A DNA stretch of 64,000 nt from Gemmatimonadota bacterium (GTDB lineage Bacteria > Gemmatimonadota > Gemmatimonadetes > Gemmatimonadales > GWC2-71-9). The position numbers and the translations under genes are program-made. The notes below the pieces were generated by a model. The model saw only the letters and a list, made by a program, of their open reading frames with translations, did no database searches and was not told the DNA's origin. This document shows positions 37,965 through 45,967 of this stretch, one piece after another. The stretch is from positions 53,510 to 117,509 of the forward strand of contig JADFNB010000002.1 of NCBI GenBank assembly GCA_022563595.1, given 5' to 3'. Position 1 is the first letter of the stretch, and each line of letters starts with the position of its first letter.

Positions 37965-38651
37965 CTACGGCGTGACCGGTGTAACGACGGCACTCGCCTC
38001 GCTCGCGCGGTGCACGCGGCGGAACAGATCACGGAGCCCGGGTTTGCGGCGGATCACGAGGACGAGTTCGCCGGGTGGAGGCTCGGGAACGTCCTCTAGC
38101 GTGAGGAAGATCGGCAGCGGCGCAGCGGGAACCGTGACCGTATAGCGGGCGCCATGCCATACCAGCTCGTGCCGGTCGGGCCGAGTTCGCACCACGTGGT
38201 CGATGAACACATCGTCATCGACACGATACACTCCCGTCACGATCCGCTCCGCGACCAGATGGAACGTCGGCTCGAACGGCTCACCCTCGAGGCGCGCGAA
38301 GTTCTGTTCCGCAGCCCAGTCGTACTGCTCGAGGTCATCCGCGTCGGCCTGCCACTCGAGATGGTGACGCAGTTCGTGCGTCAGGGTGTCCCACGCTTCG
38401 TCGCGCCAGACGAAGTTCTCCTGCCGCCGCGCCAACGCGCCAAACGATCCGTGGTAGAGCACGACCCGCGAGACGAGCGTATCCGCGTCACCATGTACCG
38501 GAATGCACTCGCCGAGCGTGTACACATCCGCGAGCAGCGGATGCGGAATCGTCTTGGGGCTGACGTCGATCGCGGCGATCCCCTCGAGATAATGATCGGG
38601 GATCTCACGGACGAGCTGGCGAACCAGTTGCTGGAAGTCGTCCCGGGTCAT
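37965..38651 (-). CDS. Minimal zincin-like metallopeptidase family protein with C-terminal extension
   Basis: 228 aa. The HELRHHLE (HExxH) motif lies in an N-terminal ~120-aa module (LGECIP...VLYHGSF...). The C-terminal ~90 aa is unassigned. Confidence 0.65.
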   Translation of the reverse strand: MTRDDFQQLVRQLVREIPDHYLEGIAAIDVSPKTIPHPLLADVYTLGECIPVHGDADTLVSRVVLYHGSFGALARRQENFVWRDEAWDTLTHELRHHLEWQADADDLEQYDWAAEQNFARLEGEPFEPTFHLVAERIVTGVYRVDDDVFIDHVVRTRPDRHELVWHGARYTVTVPAAPLPIFLTLEDVPEPPPGELVLVIRRKPGLRDLFRRVHRASEASAVVTPVTP

Positions 38652-38669
38652 TGGAGAGATAGACAGACG

Positions 38670-38698
38670 GTCATATTGCAGGATAGTCAGACTGACAA
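38670..38698 (-). promoter_or_regulatory. Candidate sigma70-like promoter for the metallopeptidase-to-priA gene chain
   Basis: Minus strand reads TTGTCA (38698-38693), 17-nt spacer, TATGAC (38675-38670). The ATG is 18 nt downstream with no SD. Locally lower GC. Confidence 0.4.
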
Positions 38699-38732
38699 CC
38701 TGGCCACCCTACCACCTTCCCGTCCCGCCGCT

Positions 38733-40265
38733 CTACTCCACCCGCCGGGCGAGCCACCGATTCGCGAGCAGCAGCAGGACGAGAACGACGGCCCACTGGG
38801 CCAGCACCGTGCCGACGTTCTCGATGCCAAACGGGGAGAGCCAGCCTTCCGGATCCCATCCACGGGCTTGGAACAACCACCACCCCATGAGGATCACGGC
38901 TTGGAGCGGTACGAGCGTTGTGATGATGACGTCCCACCACGGGCCGATGTGGATGTCGGAATCCGCGTGATTGAGTTGCTCCGCCCGGAAACGGCGAATC
39001 CCCGACGTGATCACGGCGATCGCGAAGAACAGTCCGGAGAGCATGAGCGCGACGGCCCAAACCCAGTCCTGGTTGTGGAAGACTCGAATGGAAATGGCCG
39101 ACGGAAGCCCCAGCAGGAATCCCACGCCTCCGACGATCTGTACGGATCGTCTTCGTTCGATACCGGCATCCGTCAGGACACGGGTCGCGAGCTCGATCAT
39201 GGCGATGAGACTCGTGAACGCCGCGAAGGACAGGGCGGTGAAGAACAACACCATGAACAACCGGCCGAAGGGGATCCGCGCGAACAGCTGTGGCATCCAA
39301 ATGAAGGTCAGCCCCTCGCTGCGGACCTGGAAGATCGTCGTTTGCACGAGGTCCGGTGTCAGCGCCTGACCGCTCTGCACTGCGGCGGCGAGTTCGGGAT
39401 AGGCTCCGAGTGCCGTGGGATCGGTGGTGAGGTTTTGGACGAGCGTCGGCACGACTGAGAACACGGTGCATAGCACCATCACGCCGGCGAGGAGCGACAC
39501 CACGTTGTTGGCGGCCGGGACGATGAAGGCGTTGAGCGCCGTGTCCTCGCGCTCGCGCAGATAGGCGGCGTAGACGAGGACCAGCCCCCAGCCGGCCCCG
39601 GTATCCCACGCGTTCTGGGTCAGCGCAGCCAGCCAGATCTTCGCGTTGGCAAGCGCACTCCAGTCTACGGTGAAGAGATAGCGCAATCCATCCCCGGCTC
39701 CGGGGAGCGTGACCGCCCGAACCGTGAGAATCACCACGAGGACGAGCAGCGACGGAATCAGGATCTTCGCGACGCCCTCGATCGCGCGAACGCCTCGCGA
39801 GATGACGAACACGCCGAGCGCCATCGCAAATCCGTGCGTCGCGACGGGCCAGAGCGAACCGGTGTACGACTCCCAGAACGCTCCGAGCGTCGTTCCCGGG
39901 ATCTCGCCCGTGACGGATGCGATTGCGTAGCGGAAGGTCCAGCCGGCGACCACCGAGTAGTAGAACATGATGGCCGTGGCGACGAACGCGACAAAGGCGC
40001 CCATCCACGCCCAGCGGGGCCCCATCATCTTCACGAACGCCCGCACAGGGCCGGAGCGCGTCTTCCGGCCCATCCCGAACTCGACCAGGATCAGGGGGAT
40101 AGACCACAGGAACAGAAACACGACCCATGCAAGCAGGAACTCGCCGCCGCCGTTCTGGGCCGCGATGCGGGGAAAGCGCCAGATGTTGCCGGTACCGACC
40201 GCCATTCCGAGCATGACGAGCAGCATGGCCCACCGGGACGAAAACGCTGCGCGTTGTTCGCTCAC
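38733..40265 (-). CDS. Sodium-dependent transporter, SNF (neurotransmitter:sodium symporter) family
   Basis: 510 aa, GTG start. Contains GTGNIWRFPRIAAQNGGGEFLL and has about 11-12 TM segments. Confidence 0.9.
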   Translation of the reverse strand: MSEQRAAFSSRWAMLLVMLGMAVGTGNIWRFPRIAAQNGGGEFLLAWVVFLFLWSIPLILVEFGMGRKTRSGPVRAFVKMMGPRWAWMGAFVAFVATAIMFYYSVVAGWTFRYAIASVTGEIPGTTLGAFWESYTGSLWPVATHGFAMALGVFVISRGVRAIEGVAKILIPSLLVLVVILTVRAVTLPGAGDGLRYLFTVDWSALANAKIWLAALTQNAWDTGAGWGLVLVYAAYLREREDTALNAFIVPAANNVVSLLAGVMVLCTVFSVVPTLVQNLTTDPTALGAYPELAAAVQSGQALTPDLVQTTIFQVRSEGLTFIWMPQLFARIPFGRLFMVLFFTALSFAAFTSLIAMIELATRVLTDAGIERRRSVQIVGGVGFLLGLPSAISIRVFHNQDWVWAVALMLSGLFFAIAVITSGIRRFRAEQLNHADSDIHIGPWWDVIITTLVPLQAVILMGWWLFQARGWDPEGWLSPFGIENVGTVLAQWAVVLVLLLLANRWLARRVE

Positions 40266-40446
40266 GCATCCCCCTTCTCTATCTCGTCAGGATTTGCGGG
40301 TGGACGGGCCCTGCGATCGGCTATCACGCCCTCGTCGCGCCCGGCAGCCGGGCCGACCCGCTGCTGAAGATAGGGCTGGCTCGCGGCGAGCAGAAGCGGG
40401 ACGTGTGAAGGGGCTCTCAGACGGCGAGACGGCTAGGGCCGCATAC

Positions 40447-40739
40447 TCATCTCCGCATCCGAACGGTTCCCAGCGTTTCGTCCAGCCATTCATTGATCGG
40501 GGGCACTCTGGCCTCGAGCGGGGGCACGTGCCCCGCCCCGTCGATCAGCACGAGCCTCTTCGGCTCGGAGAGCAGGTTCCACAGCGGCAGGGCCCGGGTG
40601 TACCACGGGTGCTCCTCATCGCTCCGGCCGTTGAGGAGCAGCGTAGGCGCCCCGCTATAGGGGGCGAAGTTGATGTTGCTCACCTCAGGGAGCGTGGGCT
40701 GCAGGAGCTCGTCGATCCCACCGCGAGCGCGCGGTCGTT
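40447..40739 (-). pseudogene. C-terminal remnant of an alpha/beta-hydrolase gene
   Basis: The frame is open from the TAA at 40737-40739 and encodes only the last ~95 aa of the fold (PTLLLNGRSDEE...LIDGAGHVPP, i.e. the catalytic His region). There is no nucleophile-elbow part, and the rSAM gene ends 62 nt upstream. Confidence 0.5.
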
Positions 40740-40801
40740 AGCCGGCGACGCCTGTCACCGCACTACCCCTCCTCAGCGGCTGGGGGGAACGCATCGCGAC
40801 G

Positions 40802-42547
40802 CTATTGGTTGGCTGACTCGCAGAAGGTCGGTGGCTCGTACGTCCAGCCGCGGCGTAACCGGCGCTCCTCGCGGCGCATCTTGAACCGCACGTACCGCCC
40901 GGCGATCGAGCTGGCGATTCTCGCGCGGAGACCGAATTCCCGCTGCAGCTCTTTCAAGATGCCGCCGATCTTCTGTTTGAGCTGCGGATCGCGGCGAAAC
41001 CGCTGCTTCGCCGCCCAGAGCAGTGCGGCCATGCTCCCGGGCAGAACGCGGGCCTCCCATCGAATCCGACTCCTGATGCGCAGGTCGGGATGAAACTTAT
41101 AGCGCTTCCATCCTTGCAGCATCGTCCGCGCCACCCGCACGATACTTGGACCGTTGATCTCAAAATCTCGATGGAAGGCTTTCAGGAGGAACTCCTGTTC
41201 CTGGCCGGGTGCGAAGTGAGGATGTTTATGCGCGAATCGGGCCTGTCCATGTCGATCGGCCTCGGGGCACTCGTCCCGGTCGAGCAACGTGCCGTTGCGC
41301 ACGTGCTCCTCGTAGAGCGGCGTTCCCCCAATCGGCGTGTACAGCATGAACTGATGGAACTCCGTATCGTGACTCACCGCGTAGTCGATTACGGCGTCAA
41401 TGTTTTCCGGGGTGTGATCCTCGAGACCGATGATCGTCGATCCCAACACGCGAATGCCGTGCGACTGGAGCGTGCGTACCAGCTCGCGCGTGTCTGTGCC
41501 TCTGAGCTTGCGGTAGGAGGCGTGCTCCCCCTCGAGTCCCAACCAGACCCACGAGATGCCCAAGGCCACGAGCTGTTCGATGGTGTATTGGCGCAGAACA
41601 TTGGCGGAACTGAACACGTATAGGGCCCAAGGCTTATCGTGCTCGACCATCAGATCCAGTAACCGTAGCGCGCGTTTCTTATATAGGAGAAAGTTCTCGT
41701 CCATCACAAAGAACGACTTCACCTGAAGCGCGTCCGCCAGCTCGCACATAACCTCGAACAGCTCGTCACCCGTCTCGTAGAAGTGGATGAATTTGCCCTT
41801 CCCGCCGAACATCGCCGAGGTCGCACAGAAGTTGCAGCCCATGGGACACCCAACCGACGGGATCAGCGTGGCCGCCGTGTCGCCCGGCTTCTGCCGCAGC
41901 GCGATGCCCATCACCCGAGTCCCGATCCCAGACGGGATGTGCGGATGGCGTATGGGCCGGTGCTCGTCCTCACCGAGGAAACGACGCATCCAGCGCACCC
42001 CCTCCCCGATCACGATGTGGTCCGCATCGATCTCGGCAGCGAGGTTGGGCAGATTCACCACGTGGCCGCCCACAACGATCGTGGCCTCTGGAAGGTGCTC
42101 GCGCACCAACTCGCACATCTTCCGCACCTTGCCCACGTTCGGCTGGATCGCCGAGATCCCGACGATATCGTACCGGTTGGTGCTGATCTCCTGAACGAAC
42201 CGCTCCAGGGAGGGGAAGTCGAGCAGCGTGGACGGGGCGTCGAGGTTGGCCTGGATCAGCATGATACCGCACGACCGGTGAAACATCCGAAGCGAGAACG
42301 CACCCTGCACGCGCGAGACCTGATTGTGATACAACTCCATCGGGTTGATGGCCCGGCTCCCGTACGCATCATCTCGGGCGTAGGGACCGAACACGCTGGT
42401 CAAGAGCACACGCGCGCGGGATCCCCGGGGGTGCCGGGGGTGCTCGAACCGAAGCGCCATGTCCGCCGAGCTCACCGATTCCTGTTGCGGGACGGCGAGA
42501 TCGGACATGGCGGGTTCCGGAACGGCGTGCTCCCTTGTAACAGTCAT
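40802..42547 (-). CDS. Cobalamin-binding-domain radical SAM enzyme (class B rSAM)
   Basis: Trimmed to MTVTREH, preceded by a GGAGGT SD. The N-terminal B12-binding-like region contains DIVGISAIQPNVGKVRKMCELVREHLPEATIVVGGHV. The CxxxCxxC motif is VGCPMGCNFC. The C-terminal tail is long and basic. Confidence 0.85.
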   Translation of the reverse strand: MTVTREHAVPEPAMSDLAVPQQESVSSADMALRFEHPRHPRGSRARVLLTSVFGPYARDDAYGSRAINPMELYHNQVSRVQGAFSLRMFHRSCGIMLIQANLDAPSTLLDFPSLERFVQEISTNRYDIVGISAIQPNVGKVRKMCELVREHLPEATIVVGGHVVNLPNLAAEIDADHIVIGEGVRWMRRFLGEDEHRPIRHPHIPSGIGTRVMGIALRQKPGDTAATLIPSVGCPMGCNFCATSAMFGGKGKFIHFYETGDELFEVMCELADALQVKSFFVMDENFLLYKKRALRLLDLMVEHDKPWALYVFSSANVLRQYTIEQLVALGISWVWLGLEGEHASYRKLRGTDTRELVRTLQSHGIRVLGSTIIGLEDHTPENIDAVIDYAVSHDTEFHQFMLYTPIGGTPLYEEHVRNGTLLDRDECPEADRHGQARFAHKHPHFAPGQEQEFLLKAFHRDFEINGPSIVRVARTMLQGWKRYKFHPDLRIRSRIRWEARVLPGSMAALLWAAKQRFRRDPQLKQKIGGILKELQREFGLRARIASSIAGRYVRFKMRREERRLRRGWTYEPPTFCESANQ

Positions 42548-42559
42548 CACAGATACCTC

Positions 42560-42571
42560 CAGAGATCTCTG
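42560..42571. promoter_or_regulatory. Perfect 12-bp palindrome abutting the rSAM Shine-Dalgarno
   Basis: CAGAGATCTCTG is its own reverse complement. It shares one base with the SD (CCTCC on the plus strand, 42556-42560). Confidence 0.3.
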
Positions 42572-42806
42572 CAATTGGTATCCCACCGCGCTAAAGGTCA
42601 AGGCACCTGCGCCACATAAAGCCGAGTATACATGTCGGTAATCCCCGGATTCCTCCGACCGTAGTTCGTGATTCGCTCTGTCGTGGACATCATCTTCGCG
42701 ATCCCGTTGCTCGTCGCACCGGAACGGTTCGGCCACCGCATCGCAAAGCCGCACATCGGTCCTGTTACTGCGCGTCTCGTGGGTGCAGCATTGCTTGCTA
42801 TCGCCG

Positions 42807-44222
42807 TCACGCTGCCGGCCCGATCTCCACCTTGATCTGCCGCCATTGCCCCTGCCGGAATCGTATCATGCTCAGCACCGAGCGCGTGACGTGGCCGAGC
42901 ACGATCGCGAGCCAGATATGCCACGCCCGCAGTCCCCAGACCGACTGGATCACGGCGCACATCCCGAGCGGTACCACGATTTGGGAGACGATCGAGATGT
43001 AGAGTGGACTCTTGGTGTCGCCCGTTCCCTGCAAACCGCCCGTGTACGCGAGCGCCACCGTAACAAAGAGTCCTGAGACACTCAGGTATGCCAACAGCTG
43101 CGTGCCGATATCCATCACTAGCGGGTCTTCCATGCCGAAAAAGCCAAGGAGTACGCGAGGGAAAAACAAGAAGATCAGTCCAACGCTGACTGCAACGCCC
43201 AGGCCGATGCGCGCGGCCACGTGCACGCCCTGGATCGCTCGCTCGGGATGTCCCGCTCCCAGATTCTGCCCCGCCACCGCGGCAGCGGCGGCCATCAGTC
43301 CGACCGACGTCCAAGTGATCAAGGAAAAGAGTTGGGTGTAGCCGACCGTGTATGCGGCCTGCGCCTGCCCGCTCGCAGCGAGCGACCCGACAAACGCGAG
43401 CAGCACCACGCCCCCGATGTTCATCGCGATCCCCTGGAGTCCGGTCGGGATGCCGAACCGGAAGAGCGCGCGAATGATCGACCAGTCAGGTCTCCAACTC
43501 ATGCCACGACGGAACTGAACCACCCAGGTATGCGAAAAGAACAACCGGTACGCCGCCACGAGCGCGATCACTCCACCCGCGATCACCGTTCCCATGGCGG
43601 CACCCGTCGTCCCGAATCCCGGAATGGGGCCGAACCCTCGGATGAGGATGACATTCAGCACGAGGTTCAGCACCGTGAGTGCGATGCCGTACCGCAGTGG
43701 CGTGCGGGCGTCTCCCGCCGCGCGTAGCGCCCCACCTAGCATGAAGAACATCATCATCCCGAAACTGAACACGAACAGGATGCGCAGGTACGGCAGCGCT
43801 TCGGCGCGCACCTCGGCGGTGGCATTGACCAGCCCCAGTAACGGTGGCGCAAGGAAATACCCAACAGGTGCCAGTATCACCACGGTCATGAGCACGGCGG
43901 TCAGGAATGCCTGGTAGACCGTCCGGTTGACCTTGTCGGGTTCGTTGGCGCCTGCGAACCGCGCCACGAGAATACCCATACCCGAGAAGAGCGACATGAT
44001 GAACACCACAACCACCAGGAAGATCTGCCACGAGACCCCGATCGCCGCATTGCCCGTGTAGCCCACGTAGTGTCCGACCATCACGTGATCCACAATGCCC
44101 TGGAGCCCGCCGATGACGTTCTGCAGCATCGTGGGCCAGGCGAGCTTCCAGACCGCGCGGCCAATCGGACCTTCGACGATCGATCGGTCGAATGACTTGA
44201 TGGGCTTGGTTTCGTCGGGCAT
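42807..44222 (-). CDS. MATE-family (MOP superfamily) efflux transporter
   Basis: Trimmed to MPDETKPIKSF. Contains LAWPTMLQNVIGGLQGIVDHVMVGHYVG and has 12 TM-like segments. Confidence 0.85.
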   Translation of the reverse strand: MPDETKPIKSFDRSIVEGPIGRAVWKLAWPTMLQNVIGGLQGIVDHVMVGHYVGYTGNAAIGVSWQIFLVVVVFIMSLFSGMGILVARFAGANEPDKVNRTVYQAFLTAVLMTVVILAPVGYFLAPPLLGLVNATAEVRAEALPYLRILFVFSFGMMMFFMLGGALRAAGDARTPLRYGIALTVLNLVLNVILIRGFGPIPGFGTTGAAMGTVIAGGVIALVAAYRLFFSHTWVVQFRRGMSWRPDWSIIRALFRFGIPTGLQGIAMNIGGVVLLAFVGSLAASGQAQAAYTVGYTQLFSLITWTSVGLMAAAAAVAGQNLGAGHPERAIQGVHVAARIGLGVAVSVGLIFLFFPRVLLGFFGMEDPLVMDIGTQLLAYLSVSGLFVTVALAYTGGLQGTGDTKSPLYISIVSQIVVPLGMCAVIQSVWGLRAWHIWLAIVLGHVTRSVLSMIRFRQGQWRQIKVEIGPAA

Positions 44223-44363
44223 TGGCCTGGCAGAATGTAAGTGCGCAGCGTCGAGTCGCATACGAGCAACTCAAACTTCGCGCGGTCGGCCCCTTCTAAT
44301 GGCGCGGGCGGGTCGAGGCGGCGCGGCCATAGTAGCGCCGCAAGACTTGGCCTTCAATAAGAG

Positions 44364-44388
44364 CGCCCGGGGAATGCCGGGCGTTTTT
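44364..44388. terminator. Hairpin plus T5 tract between the IPCT/DIPPS-like gene and the MATE gene
   Basis: CGCCCGG (44364-44370), loop GGAATG, CCGGGCG (44377-44383), then TTTTT on the plus strand. The minus-strand reading has AAAAA before the stem and CTCTTATT after it. Confidence 0.5.
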
Positions 44389-44503
44389 CGTTGAGGAGGG
44401 CCTCGATCACAAGCGGGCGCGTCAGCTGGCTTCGGTCGTCACGTTGCGCGACGGGCCGCAGCACAGGCTCGCTAGTCGGCTGGCTCGGACGAGATACGAG
44501 AGC

Positions 44504-45967
44504 CTATGGCACCCGTAAGAGCTGTTCTGCTTTCCGGCCAGCTTCAGATCGGGGCGTCACGGCACTTGTCCCGGGACGAGAGGCCCGCCCGCGACGAATC
44601 GGCGCTCCGGCGGAACTCGGGCTCAGACCCCAACCGCGCACCATGACCGCAGCAACGACTGCATGGGAGAAGAGGCCAACGGCGATCAGGGCTTGGAAGG
44701 GGAAACCAGCAATGGCTCCCGTGGCGATGACCAACACACGCAGATCGCGGTGCTTGAGACGGTCGAGAACGTCGTGAGGATAGGCTCCCTTGTACTGCAA
44801 GGAGAACTCCTTGGTGACGTAGCTGACGAGAATGAACCCGGTCGCTGCAACCAGTCCGGCAATCCACGGCACGGATCCCGGGACCTGCCTGGTGTAGGCC
44901 GCGACGATCGCCACGGTGATGACCAGGTCCCCGTAACGATCCAGCATCGTGTCTAGCCACGCACCTCGCGGCGTGGCGAGGCCCTTGAGTCTCGCGATCT
45001 CCCCGTCACAACCGTCGATGACGGATGCTGCCAGTATCAGCACACCTCCCAAGGCTTGTGCGACGTAGCCACCGAGAGCGAGAAACGCTGCACCGATCAC
45101 GGTGGTCAAGAACGAAACCACCGTGATCTGGTTGGGCGTCACATTGGTTCGCGCTAGGTAGCCCGACAGGCGTGTTGACAGCGGACGATTGATCCACGCC
45201 GATACGAAGCCGTCCTGGCTACCTTTGTCCAGCGACGCTCGCAGTAGCCGCCCGGCTTCGGCTAGCGCGTCCGGCGTGTCTACATCCAGCCAGCGGCAAC
45301 CGGTGACGTCCACGGCGCGTACCAGACCACGACCTGCCAGGTCGGCGATCGCGTGCGACAGGGCATAGAGGCTGGAGTCGTGGACCCTGTCCAGCACCGC
45401 GAAGATCGCCGGGCTGCACAGAAAGGCTCCGGTGTCAATGGCATCCCACTCACCGAGATCCTTGCCGATGGCTTGGACGCGCCCGTCGACGCAACAAACC
45501 TTCGTCGCGTCGTCCAGGTCGAAGACCTGCTGCCGATCGCGGTCAACTGCCACGCATACCTCACCCCCGGCGGGAGGATCTTCCAGGAGCTTCCGCAGGA
45601 TCTCCGGGTCAAGGATATGATCGGCCATCAGGAGGAGGAATTGTCTGTTGCCGATGCAGCCCGCTGCCGCACTAGTGCTCGCGCCATTACCCAGATGCCA
45701 GTTCTTGGCGTCTACGCACCTGACGCCGACATCGAGACGCTCGGCGAAGGCTGCCACGTGGGTGCGGACTTCCTCTCCTCGGTGTCCAACCACCACAACG
45801 AACTGCCGCACGCCAACTGTCACGCAGGCACGCATGCATCGCTCGACGAGCGACTGGCCCCACACGGGAACCAGAGGCTTCGGCTCCCCATTCATCCGCA
45901 TACCGCGGCCAGCTGCTAGGATGACGGCGGTCGGCACCTCTGCGCCGTCCGATCGGTGTTGAGTCAC
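44504..45967 (-). CDS. Bifunctional nucleotidyltransferase / CDP-alcohol phosphotransferase (IPCT/DIPPS-type architecture)
   Basis: GTG at 45967 (GTGA overlap with the IMPase stop). N-terminal AVILAAGRGMRMNGEPKPL. The C-terminal polytopic domain carries a complete CDP-OH-P motif, DGCDGEIARLKGLATPRGAWLDTMLD, which fits D-x2-DG-x2-AR-x8-G-x3-D-x3-D. Confidence 0.8.
   Translation of the reverse strand: MTQHRSDGAEVPTAVILAAGRGMRMNGEPKPLVPVWGQSLVERCMRACVTVGVRQFVVVVGHRGEEVRTHVAAFAERLDVGVRCVDAKNWHLGNGASTSAAAGCIGNRQFLLLMADHILDPEILRKLLEDPPAGGEVCVAVDRDRQQVFDLDDATKVCCVDGRVQAIGKDLGEWDAIDTGAFLCSPAIFAVLDRVHDSSLYALSHAIADLAGRGLVRAVDVTGCRWLDVDTPDALAEAGRLLRASLDKGSQDGFVSAWINRPLSTRLSGYLARTNVTPNQITVVSFLTTVIGAAFLALGGYVAQALGGVLILAASVIDGCDGEIARLKGLATPRGAWLDTMLDRYGDLVITVAIVAAYTRQVPGSVPWIAGLVAATGFILVSYVTKEFSLQYKGAYPHDVLDRLKHRDLRVLVIATGAIAGFPFQALIAVGLFSHAVVAAVMVRGWGLSPSSAGAPIRRGRASRPGTSAVTPRSEAGRKAEQLLRVP

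Noticed and set aside
38671-40269. 532-aa minus-strand ORF nearly coextensive with the SNF transporter gene
   Set aside because: It is an alternative frame of the same strand and its product is Arg/Gly/Pro-rich nonsense. The 38733..40265 frame gives canonical NSS motifs.
40266-40446. Glycine or other riboswitch upstream of the sodium-dependent transporter
   Set aside because: No ACCGAAGG/CTCTGGAGAG-type conserved glycine-riboswitch segments or other recognisable core were found.
42548-42806. Cobalamin riboswitch upstream of the B12-type radical SAM gene
   Set aside because: Only a fragmentary AATCCGG match is present. The conserved core and the B12 box are absent.
42632-42835. Plus-strand small membrane-protein-like ORF (MSVIPGFLRP*FVIRSVVDIIFAIPLLVAPERF...)
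   Set aside because: It is interrupted by an in-frame TAG at 42662-42664 and has no SD. Its third-position GC is visibly lower than in real genes here, and it overlaps the MATE 3' end. At best it is a decayed remnant.
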